This document shows positions 18,163 through 27,524 of a stretch of 64,000 nucleotides of DNA, piece by piece. The translations under genes were made by a program, and so were the position numbers. Source of the DNA: Fibrobacterota bacterium (GTDB lineage: Bacteria > Fibrobacterota > Fibrobacteria > UBA11236); the NCBI GenBank assembly GCA_043753995.1, contig JAYUVP010000098.1:1-64000 (forward strand), given 5' to 3'. The notes beneath the pieces are model-generated. The model was given only the letters and a program-made list of their open reading frames with translations, did not search any database and was not told the origin of the DNA. The first letter of the stretch is position 1. The number at the start of each line of letters is the position of its first letter.

Positions 18163-20155
18163 ACTGGCTCCAAAGCATGGGCTTGGGGGTCATGTCGCGC
18201 GGTATATTCACGATGTCTCCGACTTTCACCTTATCCTGGGTGAGCCGGGAGGCTTTGAGGTTGCGGTTGGTTTCGTGATCGAATAGTGCCTTCGCCGAAG
18301 CCACCTGAAACGCCAGGGCAATGCTCGCCAGAGTTTCGCCACCCGCGACGGTATGGGAAATAAAACCCTTGGCGCATAATTCCGAGATGAATTGCTGGGT
18401 CCCGTCGCTTTGAATGAAAGAGATTCCTTTGGTGATCGCTCCAATGCCGTCCAGGGCCCCGTCTTCATAAGCGCGTTGACCGGTAATGGGGCCCACGCCA
18501 TAGGATGGGTCGTAAATCTTGCCGTCATGTTCGACGACCACGTGATCGCCGAAATCGAATTGGGGATTGGTCTTGCCCGGCCAGGCCAGGCCATTTTGCT
18601 TCACACATTCGGTATTGCCCTTATGGGTATAGCCTGCGGGCGAAACCGCCGTCCCGGCTCCGAAGGCGCAATTTTTCACGAGGAAGCGATTGGTCATCTG
18701 CGGTTTGACCTTGTAATGCCGAACAAACCACAATTTTTTCCCGCTCGAAATGCCATGAATATGAAAGAGATGAATGAGCAAATTGGCCCACCCGCCGCAG
18801 CGGCCCGTACCATCGGCGCGACTGAGAATGCCTCGCGTGCTGTATACCGAGGGTTCGGCCTGATCTCCCGAGGTCGCCACGCCCTGGAGATAATAGGAGA
18901 GCCTGACGCCATCTCCTTTTCGCTTAATGCCATTTCCATCGCCGGTGCTGGCGCGCAAGGGGGCAAAGGCCGCGGGCACAAAGGTATTTTCGGTGGTCAT
19001 GCCCGCCGCCGCTCGGCAAGACAAATCCAGCAAGGTCCAATAGGCTTTGATTCCGGGCACGGGGCTGGCCAAGGTCACATAGAGCGTTTGCTGGGTGCTG
19101 CCTATCGACTTCCAAGTGGTGCCATCCGATTCGGTCATGGACCAATCCAATTTCATGGCATCGTATACGGCGACTCCAGGGGATAGAGCGACATCACTCA
19201 AGACCAAAGCCATGGAGGCCTTGGCGTCGCCGCCTTTTACCTGGACCCGTCCTTCCCAAGTGAAAACGCGTCCGCCGAGGGTGGTTGTGGCCTTGACCTT
19301 CACCTCTTCATTGTCGGTCGATAACTTGATCACATTGAAAGTGGCCTCAATACCGATTTTCTTGCCCGCTGGATAACAAAGGGGATATTGCTCGACCTTG
19401 CCCTTAGTCCACCTGCGTGGAAAATTCTTGTCGATTTGAGCCGGGCCATCGCCGACCACCGAAATGGCGTCAAACCGAATCTCCTGAATTTCGAGCTCAG
19501 GCCATTGGCAGATATGCAAATCGGCGACGAGGACCTTGGGTTGGGTTTGGCCTAAGGAAATACTGACCTTGGCATCGCGGGCGGATTTGAGGTCAATGCT
19601 TTTTTCATTGGCAGTGACACCGCCGTCACCTTCGCTCCATTTTAAAAGCTTCCAAACCGATTCCTCGTCCGGATTCGTGGTGACCTTGACCTTGGCGGGA
19701 GTGGCTGAAGTAAAGGATTTCCAGTGCAAATCACGGTCTTTCAGCTTATTCGGTAAATCACAAGTGACCGAGTCGAGGTCATAGATTTCAAAGTCCACGT
19801 ATTTCCAGGGCGTGCCGGGAATTCTCACCGCGATTCGGCCTTCCCCCAAGGCCGACCTTGACCTCTTGGCTTGATTGGGGATGTCGGTTTCGACATTCCA
19901 TTCCAGTTCAGCCCAGGCTTCGGCATCATTGGGCTCAGTGATGGCGGTGACGACTATGGGTTCGGTGGCATGCAGGGCTTCCCAAAAAGTGCCCGGCTTG
20001 GATAAAAGGGGAATAGCGCCTTGAACTTCCAGCTTTACCAAGACAGGAGGCGATTTCTCCTGGGTTGGCGCACAGCTTTTGATCGCCTCGGGCTTTTGCT
20101 GCGAAGTGACCTGGGTGGTTTGCGACTTGCGTTTGGATTTGTTGGGAATGCACAC
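18155..20155 (-). CDS. Transglutaminase/papain-like Cys-His-Asp protein with C-terminal LysM; candidate secreted effector
   Basis: GRCGGWANLL...FGDHVVVEHDGKIYDPSYG; HTVAGGETLASIA...KVGDIVNIP LysM; no signal peptide. Confidence 0.75.
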   Translation of the reverse strand: MCIPNKSKRKSQTTQVTSQQKPEAIKSCAPTQEKSPPVLVKLEVQGAIPLLSKPGTFWEALHATEPIVVTAITEPNDAEAWAELEWNVETDIPNQAKRSRSALGEGRIAVRIPGTPWKYVDFEIYDLDSVTCDLPNKLKDRDLHWKSFTSATPAKVKVTTNPDEESVWKLLKWSEGDGGVTANEKSIDLKSARDAKVSISLGQTQPKVLVADLHICQWPELEIQEIRFDAISVVGDGPAQIDKNFPRRWTKGKVEQYPLCYPAGKKIGIEATFNVIKLSTDNEEVKVKATTTLGGRVFTWEGRVQVKGGDAKASMALVLSDVALSPGVAVYDAMKLDWSMTESDGTTWKSIGSTQQTLYVTLASPVPGIKAYWTLLDLSCRAAAGMTTENTFVPAAFAPLRASTGDGNGIKRKGDGVRLSYYLQGVATSGDQAEPSVYSTRGILSRADGTGRCGGWANLLIHLFHIHGISSGKKLWFVRHYKVKPQMTNRFLVKNCAFGAGTAVSPAGYTHKGNTECVKQNGLAWPGKTNPQFDFGDHVVVEHDGKIYDPSYGVGPITGQRAYEDGALDGIGAITKGISFIQSDGTQQFISELCAKGFISHTVAGGETLASIALAFQVASAKALFDHETNRNLKASRLTQDKVKVGDIVNIPRDMTPKPMLWSQYV

Positions 20156-20161
20156 AGTGTC

Positions 20162-20932
20162 TTACTCGCCCGTTAAACCGAATTGGAGATAGGCCATGGC
20201 TCCGGCATAAAGTTCCTTGGCCTTCGCTTCGCCGCCAGGCGCCGACGAGAGGGCCGCCAGGGCCCATGGGAATTGCAAATCCTTTTCGAAACCCAGGCCT
20301 AGCATAAAGGTCAAGCCGCCAAAAACGCCAAGAGCATAGCTTGTATTCATTCCGTGCATTCTCGCCGGCTGGATGGCGAGGGTCAGGGCTTGCCGGGTTG
20401 AAGTTTCTCCTTGGTGTTTGGCCTTTTGCGGATACCATTCCTCGCAAAGCCCCGCAAGGGCCTCCGTCAAGGCCTTTTCCCCGGTCTCGAATTTACGGAA
20501 TCGTCCCGTATCGAAATCACGCAAGCGCAGCAAGGCCTTCACCAAGTACTCATTATTCTCACCCGCCACGATATCGAGATAATCCAGGGTGGCTTGGTGC
20601 AAGCGAAGCAAGGACGAGCGATTCGCTTCCGATCCTTGAGGTCGCCCTAGAGTCAGGTGGTCACGCACCCATGGCAATTGCGGGTCTTGGTCGAAATGGG
20701 ATCCGAGCATGAGCATTAGGCACAAAAACAAATAAACGTCACGATCATTCGAATATCCATAGAGGTTCGCTTTTTGTACGCCGAAGCGAATCAAAGCTCG
20801 CGCCTTCGCCTCGCCCAGGTAGCCCATTTGGCGAGTAAAACCTTCGCAGAGATGGGCATACAGGCGAGTTTCGAATTCCAACGACAAAGCATCCTGAAAG
20901 ATCTGGAATTGCGTCTCGCGAATTAAAAGCAT
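20162..20932 (-). CDS. Helical internally duplicated protein resembling effector-adaptor proteins of T6SS/VgrG loci
   Basis: MLLIRETQ start; duplicated LGSHFDQDPQLPW / LGLGFEKDLQFPW motif; family assignment from recall. Confidence 0.6.
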   Translation of the reverse strand: MLLIRETQFQIFQDALSLEFETRLYAHLCEGFTRQMGYLGEAKARALIRFGVQKANLYGYSNDRDVYLFLCLMLMLGSHFDQDPQLPWVRDHLTLGRPQGSEANRSSLLRLHQATLDYLDIVAGENNEYLVKALLRLRDFDTGRFRKFETGEKALTEALAGLCEEWYPQKAKHQGETSTRQALTLAIQPARMHGMNTSYALGVFGGLTFMLGLGFEKDLQFPWALAALSSAPGGEAKAKELYAGAMAYLQFGLTGE

Positions 20933-20997
20933 GCTCGGAACTTAACCAAGCCCATCACCGACTTAAAGGGGGCTTGGTCCGCCTCGTTTTACCCTAA

Positions 20998-23502
20998 TCA
21001 CGGAGCGAGGGTCTTCACGGGACGGCCTTGATCGTCTACCACTTGAATGGGTATGCGCAAGACATCGTCTAGGAATTCCAGGTGGCGCTCTCGGGATTCG
21101 GCGGCGACCAAGGCGGCGATTGGCGGGGGGAGGGCAAAGGCGTCGGCGCCCGCATAATTAACCGTATAGCCCTCATCCCATAAGGATGCGACAGATAAGC
21201 GGCTCAGGGGATTGGCCATATCCTGGTTTTTGAAACCCGTCATCATTTCCGCGCTAAAGGTGCTTTCGCGCCAATGGGAATTGACCGTGGCGAGTCCGCA
21301 ACTGGATTGTCCGACGCAATTCTCTACCGGCACTCCCTTACCCAAATCGGAGCCTGCGAGCTTGAGTTCGCGGTAGGCGGCAAGAGCATGTGGCCCGGTG
21401 AATGAGGGATCGGATTTACAAGCCACAGGGGAAGGGCAAGAATCGAGCAAGAGCGATGTGGGCCTTTGGTCATTCTTTTGCCACAAGGTACCGAATCCCA
21501 GAACATGACCCATTTCATGAATCACGACTTCCTGGAATTGGCCATTCGCAATCTGTTTGTCTATGTCATCCGTATCAAATACCATATAGCCGAGAATCGG
21601 TAAGCCGCCGCTATTGCGGATAGTGCATGGACCCGCCTTTCCCAAGATGCCGCTAGGCCCGTCGATGGCGGAGAATTTGACATAGATGAGCAAATCATCC
21701 ACCGTCTCTCGGATGGCCGGAAAATGGGGCTCACCGCAACCCTTGCCTGAATCCACACGCATGGGCGCGTCGGGTAAGTCACCGATGATGAGGCCTTCCC
21801 ATTTGGCTTTCGCATTCTGGAATGCCAAACGTCGGCTATCCGTTTGAGGGAGAGAGTCGAGAAAACGAATGGCGATATTAAATGCGGCGGCGGATGCGGT
21901 GGCCTTGAAGCTAACGGGATTACCAGGAACCGATGGCGTATCCACCTTGGCTGTCAGGGTATTGAGGCCGGGGTTATTGCCGAGCGTCCAAGACCCCACG
22001 CGCGCCATTCCCGCGGAATCGGTTTTCACCTTTGCGCCCGTGACCGAACCGCCGCCCGCCGCCACCGAAAAGGTGACGCCTATGCCCTCAATGGGTCGGC
22101 CATTCTTGCCTGTGAGCCGGACCGCGGGCGCAAGGTTGACCGCGCTGCCGACCAAGCCTACTTGACCATTGATTGGGTTGCCGCTGTCCACGGCGGCGAC
22201 GGTGCCGAAATGGGCGGTCGCCGTGAAAGTAAGTGGCTTGATGCCCTCGGGCCCGACTTCTAGAGACTGCGTTCCGCCAAGCTTGCCTAAGGTCCAAGTT
22301 GTGCTCGCTTGGCCAAGGGTGTCGGTAAGGGCCGTGGCAGGGCCGGTGGAGCCGCTTCCGGCGCCTGGGGAAAATTTCACCGTGACTCGCGGAACGGGAT
22401 TGCCGAATGCGTCAAAGACCTTTGCGCGTATAGATATGGGTAACGATTCCCCGGTAAATTCAGTTTGCCCATCCCCCTCGATCTTGGATAGCGAATCGGG
22501 CGGTCCCACCAAGGCCTTGGCGGAAAAGTCCACGGCTATCGATTGACCATCGATGCTGGCGGTGAGGTGGTTTTCCTCAGGCTTGGTACCGAGTGTCCAT
22601 GTCGTCGTGGCTCTTCCTTTGGCATCGATGGCGATGGACTGCTGGGAAACGCTCCCGCCTTGCTTCGCGGCAAAGGTGACTGTGGTATTACCCTCGGCGG
22701 CGGCAATGGGATTGCCCAGCGAGTCGCGTAATTCCACTTCGACGGGCATTGCCAAAGGCTTGCCCACCTGGGCGGTCTGGGAGTCGCCGCTTACCTTGAC
22801 CATCACCGCGGGAGGACCCACCACGGCATTGGCGCTAAACTTCATCGCCATCGCTTGGCTTCCGAAGCTTGCGGTGAGATGGTTTTTGCCAGGCTTATTG
22901 CCGAGAGTCCAGGTGGTTTTCGCTCTACCCTTGGTATCGATTGCCACGGTGTCTTGGGTGACGCTTCCGCCTTGCTCCACGGCAAAGGTGACTGTGGTGT
23001 TACCCTCGTCGTCGGCCAGGGGATGGCCCAGCGAGTCGCGCAATTCCACTTCGACGGGCACTGCCAAAGGCTTGCCCACTTGGCCGGATTGGGAGTCGCC
23101 GCTCACCTGCACCACCTGGGTGACCACCTGCTTTACCGTAACCTCCACTTGGGCCGAATGCGAGCCCTGACGAGCATAGACCCTTGTCTCGCCATTGCCT
23201 ATGGCCTTGACCAAGCCCTGTGAATCCACCTCGATAATCGCATCATCTCCCGAAGACCAAGTGACAGCAAGGCCCGATATCGGATTTTTATTCACATCGA
23301 GAATGGATGCGGACAAAAGACGGCGCGCTCCCAAAGCTTTAAACGAAATCGCGGTGGGCTCCAGGGAAATGGAAACCACGCGGCTCTCGGGAGTGCTGAC
23401 TGGCTCTTTAAAGCAGGCGAACATGCCCATCGACAGGGCAAAGATCGCCCATCGGTAAAAAGGCGATTGGATTTTCCATCGGCAAATGGCATGCATGAAC
23501 AC
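20998..23502 (-). CDS. Lipoprotein: Big_2/Big_1 Ig-like domains plus leishmanolysin-like (M8) zinc metallopeptidase
   Basis: Lipobox MFAC; HEMGHVLGFG, SHWRE, EMMTGF Met-turn; repeated SGDSQ..VGKPL units. Confidence 0.9.
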   Translation of the reverse strand: MFMHAICRWKIQSPFYRWAIFALSMGMFACFKEPVSTPESRVVSISLEPTAISFKALGARRLLSASILDVNKNPISGLAVTWSSGDDAIIEVDSQGLVKAIGNGETRVYARQGSHSAQVEVTVKQVVTQVVQVSGDSQSGQVGKPLAVPVEVELRDSLGHPLADDEGNTTVTFAVEQGGSVTQDTVAIDTKGRAKTTWTLGNKPGKNHLTASFGSQAMAMKFSANAVVGPPAVMVKVSGDSQTAQVGKPLAMPVEVELRDSLGNPIAAAEGNTTVTFAAKQGGSVSQQSIAIDAKGRATTTWTLGTKPEENHLTASIDGQSIAVDFSAKALVGPPDSLSKIEGDGQTEFTGESLPISIRAKVFDAFGNPVPRVTVKFSPGAGSGSTGPATALTDTLGQASTTWTLGKLGGTQSLEVGPEGIKPLTFTATAHFGTVAAVDSGNPINGQVGLVGSAVNLAPAVRLTGKNGRPIEGIGVTFSVAAGGGSVTGAKVKTDSAGMARVGSWTLGNNPGLNTLTAKVDTPSVPGNPVSFKATASAAAFNIAIRFLDSLPQTDSRRLAFQNAKAKWEGLIIGDLPDAPMRVDSGKGCGEPHFPAIRETVDDLLIYVKFSAIDGPSGILGKAGPCTIRNSGGLPILGYMVFDTDDIDKQIANGQFQEVVIHEMGHVLGFGTLWQKNDQRPTSLLLDSCPSPVACKSDPSFTGPHALAAYRELKLAGSDLGKGVPVENCVGQSSCGLATVNSHWRESTFSAEMMTGFKNQDMANPLSRLSVASLWDEGYTVNYAGADAFALPPPIAALVAAESRERHLEFLDDVLRIPIQVVDDQGRPVKTLAP

Positions 23503-23514
23503 CTCAATCCATAA

Positions 23515-24063
23515 TCAGGTAAACCTGAATTCAATCCCAGCACTTAAAACGGAAGGCGATACTCCAACGAGCTCGCTACTGCATAAATTGATAACGCCCA
23601 AATCCAAACCAAAGGTTTCCCAATCCGCGCTGAAATGCATTCCGCGAGTAAAAAGACTTCCCAAACGCACATGACCGGCATAGTCATCCGATTGGCCCTC
23701 AAAATTGGGCTCCGAGTAAACCGTTAAATACCTAGCCCATCCTTTTTCCGCGAAAACCCCCAAGGTGATATGCTGCGGAATGATCAAAATGTAGGGAATC
23801 GGATTCTTTATGTTTTTGGTTTCAATTTTATGATCCAAGGCGAATCCAATTTCCGAGTAGGTATTCTGGTAATGGTTGCCACAACTCGCGCTCGGGTAGG
23901 CTCCGCGTCCACCCTGAAGTGCAATAAAAGTCCCCGACGTATCCGGTGGAGCAAAGCCCACCAAATAGGGGGCGATGGCCATCATGGACAGGACGAATCC
24001 TATTGGAAAGGGTGATTTTTTCATTGTGCGTGGCATTCCAACGAGATTCCCAGAATTCACCAT
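23515..24063 (-). CDS. Hypothetical exported protein, possibly a small or truncated beta-barrel
   Basis: Signal-like segment, amphipathic strands, ends IEFRFT; AT-rich. Confidence 0.45.
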   Translation of the reverse strand: MVNSGNLVGMPRTMKKSPFPIGFVLSMMAIAPYLVGFAPPDTSGTFIALQGGRGAYPSASCGNHYQNTYSEIGFALDHKIETKNIKNPIPYILIIPQHITLGVFAEKGWARYLTVYSEPNFEGQSDDYAGHVRLGSLFTRGMHFSADWETFGLDLGVINLCSSELVGVSPSVLSAGIEFRFT

Positions 24064-24569
24064 TAAAACCCGAGCATGCGTCGAGCGTGGCCAAAAAAAG
24101 CATCAAGAAGCTCACAGCCTGTATTCGCCCGTAAAATTTTAACCACCTGCTCTATGATCTTGTAGTAGGCCAAAACTTCAATGACGAAAATGAGTTTGAG
24201 CACCTTATTCGCCAGAAAAAGCAAATAGAAATAGCCGCAAATGGCCACCACGATAGGCACAAAGACAAAGTATTTAACGATGGGGAATTGATACAAGGAT
24301 GCGAATATTTGCCTCATGGGTCCAGCATGTACTTCAACACCAATACCAGGCCGGTAAAAAGCCTGTGGAGTACAATACAACACGATACCTTTGTGTAAAA
24401 ACCACACCAGCTTCAACGCTAAGGCCAACATGACCGCCCCTAAGAGGCAGCTCTTGATGATGGCCATGACAAAATCGCGTTTGCGTGTAAAGGCTTTTCG
24501 ATCGACATAAAGAATGGCGAATATCCATCCTAAACCGGTTTCAAGCCATTTGTAGCTAAAATCAATCAT
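24063..24569 (-). CDS. Hypothetical membrane protein
   Basis: Three to four hydrophobic segments; AAGG RBS; TAATG overlap with the next ORF. Confidence 0.55.
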   Translation of the reverse strand: MIDFSYKWLETGLGWIFAILYVDRKAFTRKRDFVMAIIKSCLLGAVMLALALKLVWFLHKGIVLYCTPQAFYRPGIGVEVHAGPMRQIFASLYQFPIVKYFVFVPIVVAICGYFYLLFLANKVLKLIFVIEVLAYYKIIEQVVKILRANTGCELLDAFFGHARRMLGF

Positions 24570-24608
24570 GCAAAGCCCTTCCTTCGTCCAATCCCAGCCT
24601 CTACCGGC

Positions 24609-27446
24609 TCACTTCAAGGCTTCCACTAAACTATCGAGGCGGGCGCTGAGTCGTCGGGCCCCTTTGGCATTTAGGTGATCGTCATCGACGAATTCATTTT
24701 CAGCATAATCGTGATTGCCCGCCGCATGGGCATCGTAGAAGCGGCAATGAGGCAAATCTTGGCAAACGGAAGCCACCAAGGACAAAATGGCTGCTGCATG
24801 TTCTCGCTTCGGTCCAAGCTTAAGATAGAGGGGCGTTTCGGAATAGTGCGGAGATTCGGGAAAAAGTACCAATACGAATCCAATGCCACTGGAATCAAGG
24901 CTCTTGGCAAGATCTCTCAGACGGGTGATATTCGCTTGGACTACGGCATCGGGCAGTTCGCCACTACCATGTAGGTGGGTTTTGGGTGTACCGGAACTGA
25001 ATCCTTCGCCGCCGAAAATATGGTAGCCGCCGCCGCCCAGGGAATCATGCATGAGACCCACCGCCGTGGTGCGTTCATACCGCATGACTTGCTCGAATGC
25101 CGCAGGCAAGGAGTATTTCCAATAATCGTTACCTTTATCATACATATAACCCTTGGAGCCAATCCAAGGTGGGGGAGTATCGAAATCGGAAAAGAGATTG
25201 CCCAGAAGGACATCGAAGACAATGGCTTTCACCTTGGGCATATGAGGCAGTACATATTGCCGCAAGAATTGGTATTGGCTGTACATGGGGGCGCCTGGAG
25301 ACGCGAGATTCACCGCACGATTCAACTTGAATTCAAGTGGCAGCATGCCAAAGGCCAAGTGCGAGGTGCCTAAGCCCACGACCTGGGCATGATTCCGTTG
25401 AAGCCAAAAGGTCCGCATTTTTTCGGCAAAGACTTCCTGAGCATAGTCGGCGAGAGGCTCATTGTAGCGTCCCAAACTATCGGCCCAGCGGGCCCCCTGG
25501 TCGGAATCGGCGCCGAAGGACGACCCTCTCACCCGATTTGGATTGATCCACAGATGGGGATGACGCAAATTCGATCCGGTGGCAATCACTTCCCGAGTAT
25601 CGCGCTCCAAGTCAATGGCGATCACGGCGGGATAACCCCCATTCAAATTCTGCCCGGTTCCGATGGCGAAGCCGGCATCATTCGACCATTCTGCGTCTTG
25701 CCAGGCCTCAAAACCTTTAGGCTTTTGATAGATGCGCTTTAAGCCGCCCGTCACATCCAAGCGAAACAAAATTTCATGCAGGCCATAGGCCCGACCCACC
25801 ACGGCACTCTTTTCGGCATAACCGAAATCAAGCAGAAGTAATTCGGGCTGCGCCGAAGCCGAAGGAGATAAGGAGACATTGCAAGCCTGCGAAGTGTCAT
25901 TCGCCTGTTTGCCATTGTCCGGCCCCACAAAAAGAATGTTTTCGGTTTTCGTGGCAAGATTCATGACCCGAAGTCTTTGATAGCCCGTCGCCAACCAATT
26001 TCCATTTGCAGACAAGCCATCATGATAGCCGCCCTGGGTTAGCAATACAGGTGGGGCTGCCACGGCACCCGCCGTAATTTTGACCTTAAAGGTTTGACTT
26101 GATTTCCAGCTCGCTTCAATATTTCCAGCACCATGGGTAGTGTAAATCAAATAGGTGTCCGAGGTGGCGGAATCCACCCACCACCTAGGCAGGGTTGCCC
26201 CACCCGTCACCGCGAGCTTCACAGGTGCCGGGGCAAAAGGGGTCAACCGTCTTATTTTGATTTCGCCTTCGCGGGCATCCCCTTCCTCGCGATCGCCATA
26301 GGCGACCCAATTTCCGTCCGGCGAGATAGTAGGATGGAATACCTTGGGGTCATCATGGAATTCCACCAGGCGATTCGATTTCGAGGCGAAGTCGGCAAAG
26401 ACCAGAGTCCGCGATCGCGAAGTCACATTGACGAAAACCAATTTGGCCTGGTCATGTCCCAGCAGCCTCTTTAATGCGTCATAGTCATGAAATGCCGGAG
26501 GGGTAACCGTCTGGTTTCCGCCGGGAAGCAAATAATGCCCCGATTGAATCGCTCCCAAGGCGCAGCGAAAACCGATATAGGGTTTCGACATGCTGCCTAA
26601 GGTTGGGTAAATCTCGGATCGAGATCCGAATCGAGCAAAGCGCAATTCGTAGGTGAAGGCCCCGCCCTTGACGCATCGCTCTTGCACCAATCCGGGATCC
26701 TCATTTCCCAGAAAATCCTGGATAGAGTCTTCGGCCAAAGGTGCTTTCCAATCATTCACCCACTCCATGACATTTCCGAACATATCATAGAGCCCAAAAG
26801 CATTTCGTCTTTTCGATTTGACGGTCTGGGCCTTGCCTTTCGCATTGACCACGGTCCATGCCCACGAGTCGGCTAAGGTGGAATCCAGCGCATCGCCCCA
26901 AGCGAAGCTTGTTTTTACTCCCGCACGGGCGGCAAGCTCCCATTCGGCCTCGGTCGGCAAGCGAAACCCGGCCTTGGTGAAATCGGTATAAAGCGATCGC
27001 AATTCGACAGCCTTGCCCACCGAATCGAAAACGGCCTGTTGATAAGTATAAACTGTATCGATTCCATCTTGTTTGCTGCGGGCATTGCAATAAAGGACAG
27101 CATCAAAGTAGGTGACATGATAAGCAGGCAAATCATCGCCTTTTCCATAGGCCGCCATGGAGGGGTCGCGGCCAAGGACCGCCTTAAATTCGGCTTGGGT
27201 GACTTCGGCGCTGTCCATCCAGAAGTCATAATGAAAGGAGGCCTTCAGTCGGGGCCTTTCTTCTTCGGCCTTGCCAAAGTTGTCCGACGATCCCATCAAG
27301 GTCGACTTGCCCGCCGCAGGAATAAAGGCCATACCCAATTTATTTTCCGGCTCAATGGGCCGAGTCGTCGGCTCCGAGCAAGAAAAAAGCCCAAACAAGG
27401 CCAGTAGCAAAGGCAAAATGCCTGAAAAAGCGCTTTCGATTTTCAT
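24609..27446 (-). CDS. TIGR02171-like (Fibrobacter paralogous family) lipoprotein: FGE-sulfatase domain, TolB-like repeat and SGNH-like C-terminus
   Basis: Lipobox LFSC; FRLPTEAEWE, NAFGLYDMFGNVMEW, IGFRC; FHPTISPDG; GTSH...DDDHLN. Confidence 0.8.
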   Translation of the reverse strand: MKIESAFSGILPLLLALFGLFSCSEPTTRPIEPENKLGMAFIPAAGKSTLMGSSDNFGKAEEERPRLKASFHYDFWMDSAEVTQAEFKAVLGRDPSMAAYGKGDDLPAYHVTYFDAVLYCNARSKQDGIDTVYTYQQAVFDSVGKAVELRSLYTDFTKAGFRLPTEAEWELAARAGVKTSFAWGDALDSTLADSWAWTVVNAKGKAQTVKSKRRNAFGLYDMFGNVMEWVNDWKAPLAEDSIQDFLGNEDPGLVQERCVKGGAFTYELRFARFGSRSEIYPTLGSMSKPYIGFRCALGAIQSGHYLLPGGNQTVTPPAFHDYDALKRLLGHDQAKLVFVNVTSRSRTLVFADFASKSNRLVEFHDDPKVFHPTISPDGNWVAYGDREEGDAREGEIKIRRLTPFAPAPVKLAVTGGATLPRWWVDSATSDTYLIYTTHGAGNIEASWKSSQTFKVKITAGAVAAPPVLLTQGGYHDGLSANGNWLATGYQRLRVMNLATKTENILFVGPDNGKQANDTSQACNVSLSPSASAQPELLLLDFGYAEKSAVVGRAYGLHEILFRLDVTGGLKRIYQKPKGFEAWQDAEWSNDAGFAIGTGQNLNGGYPAVIAIDLERDTREVIATGSNLRHPHLWINPNRVRGSSFGADSDQGARWADSLGRYNEPLADYAQEVFAEKMRTFWLQRNHAQVVGLGTSHLAFGMLPLEFKLNRAVNLASPGAPMYSQYQFLRQYVLPHMPKVKAIVFDVLLGNLFSDFDTPPPWIGSKGYMYDKGNDYWKYSLPAAFEQVMRYERTTAVGLMHDSLGGGGYHIFGGEGFSSGTPKTHLHGSGELPDAVVQANITRLRDLAKSLDSSGIGFVLVLFPESPHYSETPLYLKLGPKREHAAAILSLVASVCQDLPHCRFYDAHAAGNHDYAENEFVDDDHLNAKGARRLSARLDSLVEALK

Positions 27447-27524
27447 AATAGGTCGCGTGATTGAATAAAGTACAAAGGGCTCCGGCGCCCCAAGCATGTC
27501 TTCTCCCGATGAGAAGCGAAAAAA

